The notes: a model not told the origin generated them from the sequence alone. DNA of 64,000 nt from the human T2T-CHM13v2.0 reference genome, Homo sapiens (GCF_009914755.1 NC_060931.1), one strand, 5' to 3'; shown: positions 1-18,012, counted from the first letter of the stretch. Program-made: numbers and translations.

Positions 1-404
<404 letters not shown>

Positions 405-414
405 TCAAACGCTA

Positions 415-957
<543 letters not shown>

Positions 958-1175
958 TCACTGCCCGGGCTGAAACACAGGCATCCGACCTCAGTCCTGT
1001 CCCCTCCCCTCCCCCTGTCCAGCACTCATCCACCACCCTCAACCCTAAGGAGCACCAGAATTTTAGAGGAAACACTTTGAGTCCTGGATCCCAGTCCTAA
1101 CCCACATGACCTTGGGCCCCAGTTTCCGCAGCTGTAAAACAAAAGACTGCAGTGAAAAAAACTGGTCCCTTGAAG

Positions 1176-1177
<2 letters not shown>

Positions 1178-1224
<47 letters not shown>
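1178..1224. repeat. (TG)n microsatellite, ~23 units
   Basis: Directly visible. Confidence 0.97.
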
Positions 1225-1226
<2 letters not shown>

Positions 1227-2074
1227 TACATTTTTTACTCAAATTTGGAGACAAGCATGAAAGGGGCCATCTGCAGGGTCATTTGCAGTGACACTAATAA
1301 TGCAAGGTCCAGCCCCAGCATGCATCCGGACCTAGAACTGAACAGCAAAACCTAGGCAAGCTCCCCACCTTCTAGATCAGTTCCCAAACTTTCGGGAAAC
1401 TGTTGAAAGCATAGGTGTAATAGAGATTCTAGAGGCCCACCTTCAAAGGATCTTCTTCAGGGGGTCTCCAGTGAGACCCAGAACTCTACACTTATAGGTG
1501 ACACTCCCAGGTAATTCTAGAGAGCCTGGAACCTACAAGGCCTCTACCCTGATCTCCCACCTGCTCCCCTATGAAAGCTTGTCAATGAGACAGAAGCAGC
1601 ACCAGCAGCCCCCGGGGGAGCCTGACATTGGAATACCTGGCTTCTCACAATCCGCTGGGCCTCCCACTACAGCCTCAAGCCAGCATCACTGGCTTTCCTT
1701 CTTCCCAGCAGGGAACAGCAGGCACAGAGTCAGAAGTGGGAAATGCAGCTGGACGCCTGCACCACTGCCTGGTCTCTGCCCCTTCTCTCCTCCCCTTTCC
1801 CAGCAACACCCCTGTGTCCCCAAGGTCACCAGAATCAGGTGGAAACTGGGTTACATCACGGGACTGGGGAGGCAGCCTTTGTTGGGCCTGCTCTGATAAC
1901 ATTCAGGTGCTGGCCTTGGCCACTGTGGAGGAGGGGCAGAAACAGAGGGACTGGGTACACCGTCCACACCTCATGACCCCAACAGGAGCAGATAGGTGCT
2001 GGGAAACAGTTCTTTCTGAATCTCAAACTCTTGCTCTTACTCTCCTTTTTTTGGGCGGGGGGGCTGGGGGGTGG

Positions 2075-3680
2075 GGAAAGACAGCTTGTTGCTCTGTTGC
2101 CCAGGCTGGAGTGCAGTGGCGTGGTCATAGCTCACTGTAGCCTCCAACTCCTAGGCTCAAGCCATCCTCCTACCTCAGCTGCCTGAGTAGCTGGGACTAC
2201 AGGTGCATGCCACCACGCCAAGCTAATATTTAAAAAATTTTTTTAGATACCGGGTCTTGCTTTGTTGCCCAGGCTGGTCTTCAACTTCTGGGCTCAAGCA
2301 ATCCTCCCACCTTGGCCTCCCAAAGTGCTGGGATTACAGGCGTGAGCCTTACTGCACCCAGCCTTCCCTCTCTCTCTCTTTTTTTCTAATACAAACTGGC
2401 AGATGATGATTCAATCTCTCTATTTTTTTTCATTTTATTGTTTTATTTATTTTAGTAGAGACAGGGGTCTCGCTTTGTTGCCTGGGCTGGTTTTGAACTC
2501 CCGGCCTCAAGCAATCCTCCTACCTCAGCCTCCCAAAGTGCTGGGATTATAGGTGTGAGCCACCAAGCCTGGCCTCTTTTTTTTTTTTTTTAAGATATTC
2601 AAAGGTATCCTTATTTACTTAGATTTTTTAAATCAAGGTATAACATATACAAGTGTGCAAATCTTAACCACACAGCTTGATAAACACTTGATGTATATAC
2701 ACCCACTCTCAAGAACAAGATGTAGAGTGTTTCCAGAAAGCTCCCTCCTGCCTCCTCCCAGTCATAACTCCTAACAAGGACAGCCACTGTCCTTATTACC
2801 ATGTTGTCATGTGGACTGTTTTTGAATTTCACATAAACAGCATCATATAGAATGTACTCTTTTGTGTCTGGTTACTTTCACTCAATAATATTGAATTGTG
2901 AGTTTTTTTTTTAATGTGAAGTCTTTCAACGTTTAGAAATTCAATGACACTCTGTTATACAGGTTTTGTTTGTTTTCTGAGACAGAGTTTTGCTCTTGTT
3001 ACCCAGGCTGGAGTGCAGTGGCGCAATCTGGCTCATTGCAACCTCCGCCTCCCGGGTTCAAGTGATTCTCCTGCCTCAGCCTCCCAAGTAGCTGGGGTTA
3101 CAGGCGCCTGCCACCATGCCCGGCTAATTCTTTGTAATTTTAGTAGAGATGGGGTTTCATCATGTGGGGCAGGCTGGTCTCAAACTCCTGACCTGGAGCG
3201 ATCCACCGGCTTTGGCCTCCCAAAGTGCTGGGATTACAGGTGTGAGCCACCGCGCCTGTCCTGTTATACAGTTAATGAATATTATGGTCATAATATACTG
3301 CTGTGGTTTGAATGTATCCTCCTAATTTCATGTGTTGGAAACTTAACCCCCAATGGGGCAGTATTGAAAGTTGGCTGTAGCTTACGCCTATAATCCCAGC
3401 ACTTTGGGAGGCCAAGACTGGAGGATCACTTGAAGCCAGGAGTTCAAGACCAGCCTAGCAACAAAGCTACAAACCATCTTTCCAGCAAATTAAAAACTAA
3501 AAAATAAATTAGCTGGGCCTGGTGGTGCAGTTCTGTAATCCCAGCTACTCGGGAGGCTGAGGCAAGAGGATCTCTTGAGCCCAGGGAGTGGCGGCTGCAG
3601 TGAGCTGAGATCCATCACTGAACTCCAGCCTGGGCTCAGAACGAGCCTCTGTCAATCAATCAATCAATCAATCAATCAGT
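2075..3680. mobile_element. Alu cluster in TRIM50 intron 1 (minus at ~2075-2365, 2450-2575, 2975-3260; plus at ~3375-3650 with an (AATC)n tail), with L1M and MST-like LTR fragments between
   Basis: Alu consensus blocks; tgctgtggtttgaatgt...ggaaacttaaccccca at ~3298 is a MaLR LTR 5' end. Confidence 0.8.
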
Positions 3681-3954
3681 GTCTTGTCTGGGCCTAAATT
3701 CTCTAGAACACAATGGAAGAGAGAAAGTGAAAGAAGGTGGAAGTAACCCACAGCTGGGAGCCCTGAACCCTGCTGGTGGCAGGTGGCTCTCGTGTCCTCA
3801 CCAGGTTGCCCTGCAATCACATGCTGCATCCTTTTTCCTGAACCTGCCCCACGTGCCCCACCACGCAGCCACTCCGAGGGCTCCTTCAAGGGCGGCAGCC
3901 CTGTCACTCACGTGTTCCAAAAGTGCTTCCCCTGTGCCCTGATGGCCTCGCCAT

Positions 3955-4375
3955 GTGTCTCATCATGCCCCACGCGCTCCCACTGTGCGCCCCACCTCGC
4001 ACCCGTGCCCCATCATGCTCTGCGTGCTCGTTAGGTGCCCCATCATTTCCCGCTCGCTCTCGTTACGTACCCAGCCTCCGGCCCCTGTAAGTGCCCCATC
4101 GTGCTCTCTGTCGCTCCAGTTAGATGCCCCATCCTGCCCCGCGAGCTCCAATTACGTGCCCCACCTAACCCCCCACGTCCGTGCCTCATCATGACCCGCA
4201 CGCTATGGTTACATGCCCCGCCTCGCGCTACCGCGCGTGCCCCATCATGCTCTGCGCGCTCCCATTACGTGCCGCCACCTCGCGCCCCTGCACGTACCCA
4301 ACGTGCCCTGCGTGGTCCCGTTACGTGTCCCATCATGTTTCGTGCGCTCCCATTACGGATCATACCTCGCACCTC
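3955..4375. repeat. Degenerate composite minisatellite of ~32-bp A units and ~24-bp B units
   Basis: A units (~GTGCCCCATCATGCTCTGCGCGCTCCCATTAC) start near 3955, 4005, 4035, 4091, 4124, 4181, 4237, 4294, 4325. B units (~GTGCCCCACCTCGCGCCCCTGCAC) start near 3987, 4067, 4156, 4213, 4269, 4357. Confidence 0.8.
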
Positions 4376-4443
4376 ACCGCGTGGCCTCTGTAGTTCCAGA
4401 GCTCGCGAGGGCCAGGGCCGTTGGCGGCGGTTGGAACGAAACG

Positions 4444-4485
4444 ATGAGTGCCTCCTCGTGGCCCCAGAATGGAATGCCGCCGTCG
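4444..4485 (+). CDS. FKBP6: FKBP6 alternative first coding exon (MSASSWPQNGMPPS), phase 0, would give a 322-aa isoform
   Basis: ATG at 4444, 14 codons, then donor TCG|gtaggg; same phase as the exon 2 acceptor. Agrees with my recollection of a shorter annotated isoform. Confidence 0.75.
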
Positions 4486-4599
4486 GTAGGGGTCTGCCGG
4501 GCATAAAGGGGCCTTCGGAACCCCACCAGAGTCACAGCCAGGGAGGGCAGCGGGGCGCACCAGGCCGAAGGCTCACGCCACAGGGAGGGCAGCTAGGAC

Positions 4600-4656
4600 A
4601 TGGGGGGAAGCGCGTTAAACCAGGGAGTCCTGGAAGGGGACGACGCCCCCGGCCAG
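4600..4656 (+). CDS. FKBP6: FKBP6 exon 1 coding part (MGGSALNQGVLEGDDAPGQ)
   Basis: gacATGG start context; donor CAG|gtgagg at 4657. Confidence 0.95.
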
Positions 4657-4745
4657 GTGAGGGCCCAGACGTTTCGGGGGCGTAGACGCTGAGGGGTGGC
4701 CGGGTGGGTCTGCGGCTCTGAGGCCTGGCTTTCATTCTCCATCAG

Positions 4746-4863
4746 TCCCTGTACGAGCGGTTAAGTCAGAGGATGCTGGACATCTCGGGGGACCGGGGCG
4801 TGCTGAAGGACGTCATCCGAGAAGGAGCTGGAGACCTAGTGGCGCCTGATGCTTCGGTGCTAG
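4746..4863 (+). CDS. FKBP6: FKBP6 exon 2 (SLYERLSQRML...APDASVL)
   Basis: ttctccatcAG acceptor, G|gtacgc donor, 118 nt; GVLKDVIREG marks the start of the FKBP domain. Confidence 0.96.
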
Positions 4864-5530
4864 GTACGCCCTGGGGCGGTTTGTCCTCAGGATCCATGTC
4901 ATCGCACTCTGTTGGGAAGAGAGAGGCCTCATTTTCAAAAAGCACTTAATGGGGTTGGAAATGCTTTGTTTGAAGTGGATTTTTGTTTTTTGTTTTTGAA
5001 ACGGGGTCTTGCTCAGTTGCCCAGGCTGGAGTGCAGTGGTGCGATCATAGCTCACTGCAGCCTCCACCTCCTGGGCTCGTGATTCTCCTGCCTCAGCCTC
5101 CCAAATAAGGGATTTACAGGCGCGATCCACCATGCCCGGCTAATTTTTAATATTTTTGTAGATATGGGGGACTCTATGTTGCCCAGGCTGGTCTCAGACT
5201 CCTGGACCCAAGTGAGCCTCCCACCTCAGCCTCCCCAGTAGCTGGGATTACAAGCATGAGCCGCTGCTTCCGGCCTGAATTAGTTTTTTTAAGACGAAAG
5301 CTAGGGACTCCTATGTCCCCTTTGTGTGATGCTTCCGCAAAGCTCTTGAACCTCTGAGCCAAAGGGCCGGCACCCAAAATGCAGAGAGAAGATTTATTCC
5401 TGTACCTCGGGGTGTCGGGCAGCTTAAGCTCATCTGTTCACATTGTTTCTGTGTGATCATGAGAGACTCGATATTATGGTGGCGTGGGTGTTTTTGGTCC
5501 ATTTTCCTTACATTCTTTCTTCTATCCTAG

Positions 5531-5620
5531 TGAAATACTCGGGATACCTGGAACACATGGACAGACCCTTCGATTCTAATTACTTTAGGAAAACTCCTCG
5601 GCTAATGAAACTTGGAGAGG
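5531..5620 (+). CDS. FKBP6: FKBP6 exon 3 (VKYSGYLEHMDRPFDSNYFRKTPRLMKLGE)
   Basis: tctatcctAG acceptor, G|gtaggt donor, 90 nt; FKBP motifs YxG and FDS. Confidence 0.96.
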
Positions 5621-6320
5621 GTAGGTTCAGAGTGGGAGCTGGAGAAGAAGGAATTGTTTAGGGGCTAGATGAGGCACGATGCCTCAGGCTGGGAAGACTG
5701 CTCAGAGCGCAGGTTCTTTGAGTTGGCTTTGCTGAGGCTGGGTTTTGGTAACACAGCCATGTTCTCTCCCCTTGAGACCTAGGCATTTGGGAGATGGCTT
5801 AACGGGCAAGGTATAATCTTTGCACTCTGACTTAACTAACCACTGGGAATGTTTCTTTGTTCATTTATTAAGTAAAACTCAATCGAATACTTACTTCCCA
5901 CAATACATGGTGAAAAGAGAGGATGTACTCAGAAGATTAGAACATCTCCACCCTTAAGGACCTCACAATGTAGTGGAGGAGACTGACCTGCACTCAGCTC
6001 ACTTGGTAGAATCGGATGAGTGCCTGGGAGGTGAAAGCAGTGTTGTGGGTGTGCTTAATGAAGGCATGATTAATTCTAGCTGGGAGGTTCAGGGAAGGCT
6101 TCCTGGAAGTGGGGGCATTTGAACTGAGCCTGGAAGTTTGAATAAAATTTCTATCAGTAGAAGCTGGGCACAGGCTCAGGAGGAAGACATTGCAGGAAGA
6201 GGGAACTGTGTGAGGGAGACATGGAGGCCAGAGTACTGCTGACTTAGAGGGGGAAGAAACTGATAGCACTGAGCAGGATACTGAGCAAGCTTCACCCACC
6301 TTCTTTGTCCATTCTTACAG

Positions 6321-6523
6321 ATATTACACTGTGGGGCATGGAGCTGGGCCTTCTGAGCATGCGGAGAGGAGAGCTGGCCAGGTTTCTGTTCAAACCGAAC
6401 TACGCCTATGGAACGCTGGGCTGCCCTCCCTTGATCCCCCCAAACACCACTGTCCTGTTTGAGATTGAGCTGCTTGACTTCCTGGACTGTGCTGAGTCAG
6501 ACAAGTTTTGTGCTCTCTCAGCT
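6321..6523 (+). CDS. FKBP6: FKBP6 exon 4 (DITLWGMELG...YAYG...IPPNTTVLFEIELL...CALSA)
   Basis: ttcttacAG acceptor, GCT|gtaagt donor, 203 nt; C-terminal half of the FKBP domain. Confidence 0.97.
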
Positions 6524-7827
6524 GTAAGTTCCAGAGCACAGATGTCAGCACTTTATAGAGAGACGAATGGGTTGGTGTTATTGGTAATTCTTCTAGATGG
6601 CCTGCCCTGAGGCTGATCGTCCTCTCCAGGGTACCCCCGCGGCTCCTGTGCGGTGGCGGCGGAGTTCCTCTGCTTCCTAGTCTGTGTTTGTCTTAGTAAT
6701 GGCTCTCATGTGTAGATAAATGTGCTGGGCAAGGTAAGGCTGTGAGTTTAAGGATTAGTGGTTTGAACTGATTTTTCAGTCATCCTTTGCCTAGTTCTCC
6801 CTGTGAGACAGTGAACACTTGCTTTTCATCGTTTGGTTTCCAGCAAGGCAGGCATTGGTAGCTCATAACTAGGGTGACTGAATAATTGATTGTCCAGCCC
6901 AGCACAGGTGAGAGTAAAAGGGGCTGTTCACTGGAGGGGTTACCCATGACATCGGGTTTAAACTGAGACAGTCCCAGGCAAACTGGGATGTATGGCCACT
7001 GTCCTCACCACTTAAGTCTTGCCTCCTCTTTGTAGCCTTTCACTTAACCCTGTCCCGTAGATGCAGGGCTTCTGACCCCGTCAGCAGTCACAGGCACTGT
7101 CTTTATCATGCTGTCTCACACTGACTCCATCTGTGGCCTTAGAGGTCCATGCCAGGGTTTATATCTTCACATGGAGTCTCCCCAGCTAAACTGTCAGCAC
7201 TCCAAGTGAGGGAGCTCACCCTTTTTCATCATTCTGAGATTCGAGTTTCTTGCAAATGCCTCGTCCCACCTGTGGTGAACTCATTTAGGATCTGGGGGGT
7301 GGGGCCGGGACCAGAGAGGCTCTATGGGTGACTCTGAAGATGGCCAGGGCAGAGCATCATGACCATAAAGACTGCCAGGGCCCTGAGCAAACCAAGACCT
7401 GTTCAGTGCTTGGTGGCCAAATAGTGGTTTTGAGCACTGACTTCTGTGCTTGGCAAGTTCCGTCAGTTTTTGATTCCATGGGACACTGCTTCCTCAGAGA
7501 ACATCAGGGGAAGACTGAAGACGTAGACTTCCTTCTGGCTCTAGGGTGTAAAATGGGACAGGTTATAACACTGGTGTGGCTTCTGTCAGATTCAGAGGTG
7601 ACTCCAACACAGAAGGCTGTAAACAGAAGTGCATGATCTGAAAAAGAAGAGCTCACAGCTGTAGTAACACTTCCTTTCTTTCAATTACTATTTTTTTAAA
7701 TGGAGACATGTTCTCACTATGTTGCCCAGGCTGGTCTCGAACTCCTGGGCTCACGTGTACTAACACTTCCATTGTGGCATTACTGCTTTTGGTTTCCTTG
7801 CTGAATATTCCTGTCTCTGGTCCTCAG

Positions 7828-7947
7828 GAGCAGCAAGACCAATTTCCACTTCAGAAGGTCCTGAAAGTGGCAGCTACGGAACGGGAGTTTGGCAACTACC
7901 TTTTCCGCCAGAATCGTTTCTATGATGCCAAAGTGAGATATAAAAGG
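7828..7947 (+). CDS. FKBP6: FKBP6 exon 5 (EQQDQFPLQK...GNYLFRQNRFYDAKVRYKR; TPR1)
   Basis: gtcctcAG acceptor, AGG|gtgaga donor, 120 nt. Confidence 0.96.
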
Positions 7948-8004
7948 GTGAGAATGCTTTGAAAGTTAAGTGTAAGTTTAGATCCTGAAAACTTCCTTGT
8001 TTAA

Positions 8005-10255
<2,251 letters not shown>

Positions 10256-12262
10256 TCTTGCTAGTTCTGAGCTCAAAGCTAACAACAACAACAAAAAAAT
10301 CTTACTACTACTTAGGTTCTTTATTCCTTTCTACGTGACCTGTTTTTTCTTCTGTAGAGACGAAGATCGTTTTTCCCCGGCATTCCTAAATTTTACGGTG
10401 ATGTGCCTCTGCGTGTGTGTATCTTTTCATTCAGGAAACTTTTCCTCCACTCTGGGAAACTTTCTTGAGTTATTTCTTTGATAATTTACTCTTGTTCCCT
10501 CTGCCCTCTTTGTCTGGAACTCCTATTATCAGACCTCCTGCACTGAGCTTCTGGCTGCTGTCCCTCCCCCCTCCCCACCTAGTTTCCATCTTTTCTCCTG
10601 TTTGTGTCATGTATGGAAGCTTTCCTTGACTTTTTGCCACCTCTTCTGATGAATTTTTCATTTAAAATTGGGGGGCCAGGCACAGTGACTCACACCTATA
10701 ATCCCAGCACTTCAGGAGTCCAAGGTGGGAGGATTGCTTGAAGCCAGGAGTTAAAGATCAGTCTGGGCACCATAGCAAGATCCCATCTCTACAAAAAATA
10801 AATTTTAGAAAATTGAAGGGCTATTTGTTCTTCCCCTCCCTAGCATTCTGTTCTTGTTTCATGTGTATATTATTTTATATATTTAGACTGTCGATTATAA
10901 TTTAATCTCATTCTTTTTCTGTTTGGTTTTTCTACATATTGGGGACTGTGTCCTTTTGCACTAAGTTTGTCAATGACCTAAAGATGGTTTATTTCTCACT
11001 CATGTAAAAGGCTAGAGTAGAGGCATGCAAGCTAGGGCCAGTTGGTGACTCTGCTCCAGATATTTTCAGATACCCAGTTCTCATTTCTGGGGTGAGACTC
11101 TGGCCTTGTAGTCCAAGATGAGGGTCTCTGAGTTCTAGCAGCAGAAGGGAAGAAAGGCTGAAGGCATGTACAGCTCTGTTAAGGAAGGTCCTTGTCATAT
11201 GATGCTTCTACTGAATTATGTTTTCCAGAACCTGTTCTCCAGGCTTTGCCTAGCTGCAAAGAAGCCTAGCAAATATCTAAATTCTGGTTGTACGTGTTCC
11301 TGGCCAAAAAAAAAAAAAAAAAGTCCTATTACTGTGAAGGAAGGGAGGGCAGCTGCTGGGAGGCAGGAGGCCACCTCTTTCACAGAGGGTTTCCTCAAAT
11401 GGCTGGTGATCTTTGACCACTAAGATTTAAAAGAGACATCACAAAGCTGATTGGGAGCTCCAGGTGCTTGGTGGGGCAGGTTGCAGTGTGGTCAAAGACA
11501 GCCTGCACACATTAGAGTATGTAGGTGTTTCCTCAGGGTCCATTGAGTCCTCCTCTTTCTGCCCCGTGTGTGTGCCAAGGGACCGGCATTCTGGGAGCCA
11601 AGCTGGGCAGCAGGACAGAGGTTCTCACTGTCTGGTATTGAGATTCCTTTTCATAGCCGCGTTACCAGTATACCACCTTCCTGCTGTCTGCTCCAGCCTG
11701 CCCCCAAGTCAAGGGCCTCTTTGGTTCCATTTTCCCAGAAAGGAGACCTCGTGATTGCTGAGGCCATCTGGACACATAGGGGCAGTGGACGGGGTGGGGA
11801 ACATTTGACCTGACCTCCTTTATTCAGCCCCACCAGATAGCTCTAATTCCTGGTTCCATCAGTTCCTAGGTCTCTCCAGGCTCTGAGGGGCAGACCGGTC
11901 CCTTTTACATTGGCACCACTCTGCCAAATCAGTCATCACACTGCCACCCACCCTGAACCTTTGGGTTTATTGGTCCTTTTCCTGTCCTTTGCTTGTGTTG
12001 GAGTACTACCTGTCTTAGTCCCTTAGGGTTGGAGAAAGTAGGGATGTGTGTGGAGCCTGCCTTGCTGAGCCAGAGGTTTTGCACGTCTTTTCCTAGTGGA
12101 AAGTTTCTCAGTCTTTGGAGCAGCGGACTGACATTGTCAGCACCACTGTGTCTCCACCTTTTGCTCAGCATTGTCTGGGTCACACAAGTATGGGGTTTCC
12201 TGCTTTCAAGGGATTTGAATCTAGTTAGGGAGTTAAATGCAGCTCCAACAGCTAACCAATAC

Positions 12263-12440
12263 CTATGGTCTGAATGTTTGTGTCTCCCCAAAATGTGTAT
12301 GTTGAAACCTAATCATCCATGTGATACTAAGAGGTGAGGCCTCTGGGAGATGATGAGGTCATGAAGATGAAACCCTCTTACATGGAGTTAGTGGCCTTAT
12401 AAAAGAGGTCCCTGAGAGCTGTCTTGTCCTTTCCACCATA
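12263..12440 (+). mobile_element. MaLR LTR fragment (MLT1A-like)
   Basis: ctatggtctgaatgtttgtgtc...tgttgaaacctaat...ccttataaaagagg resembles the MLT1A 5' part. Confidence 0.7.
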
Positions 12441-12670
12441 AATTCTCGGCAGGAAAAAAGATGAACAAAGTGATCAGAACCTATTCAGGCCACAGTTGGT
12501 AGATTCCTAGTCGGAAACATAGGTTACATCTAAGGAATCATAGGTGATAGGAGGCGGCCAGATTCAGGAAGACATTCAAATATGTGTGGATGGATTTGGA
12601 CTTGATGAAGTGGATGGCAGGGAACCACTGAGGAAGAGTGTGTTGATAAAAGTCATATTCGGGGAAGAGG

Positions 12671-12871
12671 CAGTAGTTGTGCTGGAGCTCGTGAAAACTC
12701 AAAATTTCAATTGTAAAATTTTCAGGAGTTTTGTGCCCTCGTTAATGTCACTTTGGTAGTTTGAAATCAGCTCTGGGAGGAATATTTACAGCATGGGAAT
12801 AGGCAAATGCTACAAACAGGGGTCCACCTCCCCCGAGAGCTGGCTATTAAACATGTACCAGCACACCACTG
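12671..12871. mobile_element. Non-autonomous hAT DNA transposon (MER63-like)
   Basis: Terminal inverted repeats cagtagttgtgctgg ... ccagcacaccactg. Confidence 0.7.
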
Positions 12872-13879
12872 TGTGCAGGACATGTCAAATGACAAACTTC
12901 ATTTTAATGAGGCTCTGTTTCATGTTAGGCACCGTGCTGGGTGTGCTGCGGCTGAACCTGTTAACAGGGTCCAGGAATGTGTTAAAGCAGCTGTGAGTTG
13001 TGCAAATAGAAGAAAAAGCTCTGGAAGTACTTCCACAAAATGGATGGTTAGACTTGATGACGTTGTATATGATGAAGTTGTATATATAAGAGATCAAGGA
13101 AACAGAAGAAGGGAATGACTTGAAACTTCCTGGTCTGAGAAAAAAATTTAAACCAAGGAATAACTGGGAAAGAAATGTGTTACTTTCAATTTTGATTACT
13201 CATGGGAATGAGCAGGTAAGCAGGGCCTGTAGAAAACTGTTTCCAGCTGACAACTTGCTTCACAATTTCATTTGGGTATGAGAGCAGGGTTCAGGCGTGA
13301 GGTTCCAGCTGGTGATGTGAATGGGAGCTGAATCCATTCAGAAGGTATGGAGACAGTTGATGGGAACTTGCCTGGTGAATGCCCAGAGTTTAGAGATGGA
13401 AGGGAGGACCAAGGAAGGCTCATGACTTTCTGCCTGTGCTGCCATCTCCTGACACATTTTCTCCAGTTCTTCCATGTTCTTTTTTTTTTTTTTTTTTTTT
13501 TTGAGACAGAGTCTCACTCTATCACCCAGGCTGGAGTGTACTGGCGCCATCTCGGCCTCACTACAACCTCCGCCTCCCAGGTTCAAGGGATTCTCCTGCC
13601 TCAGCCTCCCAAGTAGCTGAGATTACAAGCGCCTGCTACCACATCCAGCTCATTTTTTGTATTTTTAGTAGAGGTGGGGTTTCCATGTTGGCCAGGCTGA
13701 TCTTGAACTCCTGACCTCAGGTGATCCGCCCGCCTCGGTCTCCCAAAGTGCTGGGATTCCAGGTGTGAGCCATCGTGTCCGGCCTTCCAGTTCTTCCATT
13801 CTACTTGCACCTTCCAAATGGAGTTCCAGGGAGTGCAGGCTCTGCCTTCATCCATTTTTTTTTGTTTTACTATTTTTTT

Positions 13880-16770
<2,891 letters not shown>

Positions 16771-16807
16771 GTTACTCCTCTTGACCATCTGCCTTCCCTC
16801 TCCACAG

Positions 16808-17002
16808 GCCCTGTTGCTTCTGCGCCGGCGATCAGCACCCCCTGAAGAGCAGCACCTGGTGGAGGCCGCCAAGCTTCCTGTTCTCCTGAACCTGTCCTTT
16901 ACATACCTGAAGCTAGACCGACCCACCATAGCCCTGTGCTATGGAGAGCAGGCTTTGATCATTGACCAAAAGAATGCCAAGGCCCTCTTCAGGTGTGGAC
17001 AG
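16808..17002 (+). CDS. FKBP6: FKBP6 exon 6 (ALLLLRRR...NLSFTYLKL...KALFRCGQ; TPR2-3)
   Basis: ctctccacAG acceptor, CAG|gtgagt donor, 195 nt. Confidence 0.97.
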
Positions 17003-17325
17003 GTGAGTTGGAAGCCAGTGACTTGGGAATAAACACCCAGGAAAAGGTAGTAGCAGTGCTCAACTCAGCTACTGCAAAAATGCTGTCTTTTTTTTTTTTT
17101 TTTTTTTTAGACAGAGTTTTGCTCTTGTTGCCCAGGATGGAGTGCAGTGGCGCAAATTCGGCTCGCTGCAACCTCCGCTTCCTGGCTTCAAGCAATTTTC
17201 CTGCCTCAGCCTCTCAAGTAGCTGGGATTACAGGCATGCGCCATCACACCCAGCTAATTTTTGTAGTTTTAGTAGAGATAGGGTTTTGCCGTGTTGGCCA
17301 GGCTGGTCTGGAATCCCTGACCTCA

Positions 17326-17549
<224 letters not shown>

Positions 17550-17883
17550 GTGAGCTGTGTTTGCAGGAGCATGAAGAGAGATGGGTGGGGTTGTGACTCT
17601 GGTCTGTCCCCCCACCCCCCCCAACAAAGGACAGTCTGGCGGTGTTGCCCAGAGTGTTAGGAGGCCGCCCCCTCTACAGCTGGGTTTTTGAAGTGCTCGG
17701 CCGTGCGCTGCACCAGCAGTTCCCAGCAAGCAGGTGAGACAGACTGCCAGACTATACATCTCCATCATCGCCCACCTTTCTGTTTCCCCTACCGCAAATA
17801 AACAACCCCTAGAGAGGTGGGAGGGTGTCACTTTTTTTTTTTTTTTTTTGAGATGGAGTCCCTCTCTGTCACCTAGGCTATAG

Positions 17884-18012
<129 letters not shown>

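Larger units (their letters stand above)
3850..4900. promoter_or_regulatory. CpG island / bidirectional promoter of TRIM50 (-) and FKBP6 (+); probably contains the non-coding TRIM50 exon 1 (boundaries not determined)
   Basis: Dense CpG and high GC between divergent genes; contains the FKBP6 start codons. The TRIM50 coding exon begins with a splice acceptor, so it needs an upstream exon. Confidence 0.85.

Noticed and set aside
3955-4375. Repeat array superficially like a CRISPR repeat-spacer array
   Set aside because: The intervening units resemble each other and the repeats are diverged; the context is human with no cas genes. It is a minisatellite.
4035-4685. 216-aa plus-strand ORF across the promoter
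   Set aside because: Non-ATG start, Pro/Arg-rich translation of the minisatellite and CpG island, and not in the FKBP6 frame.
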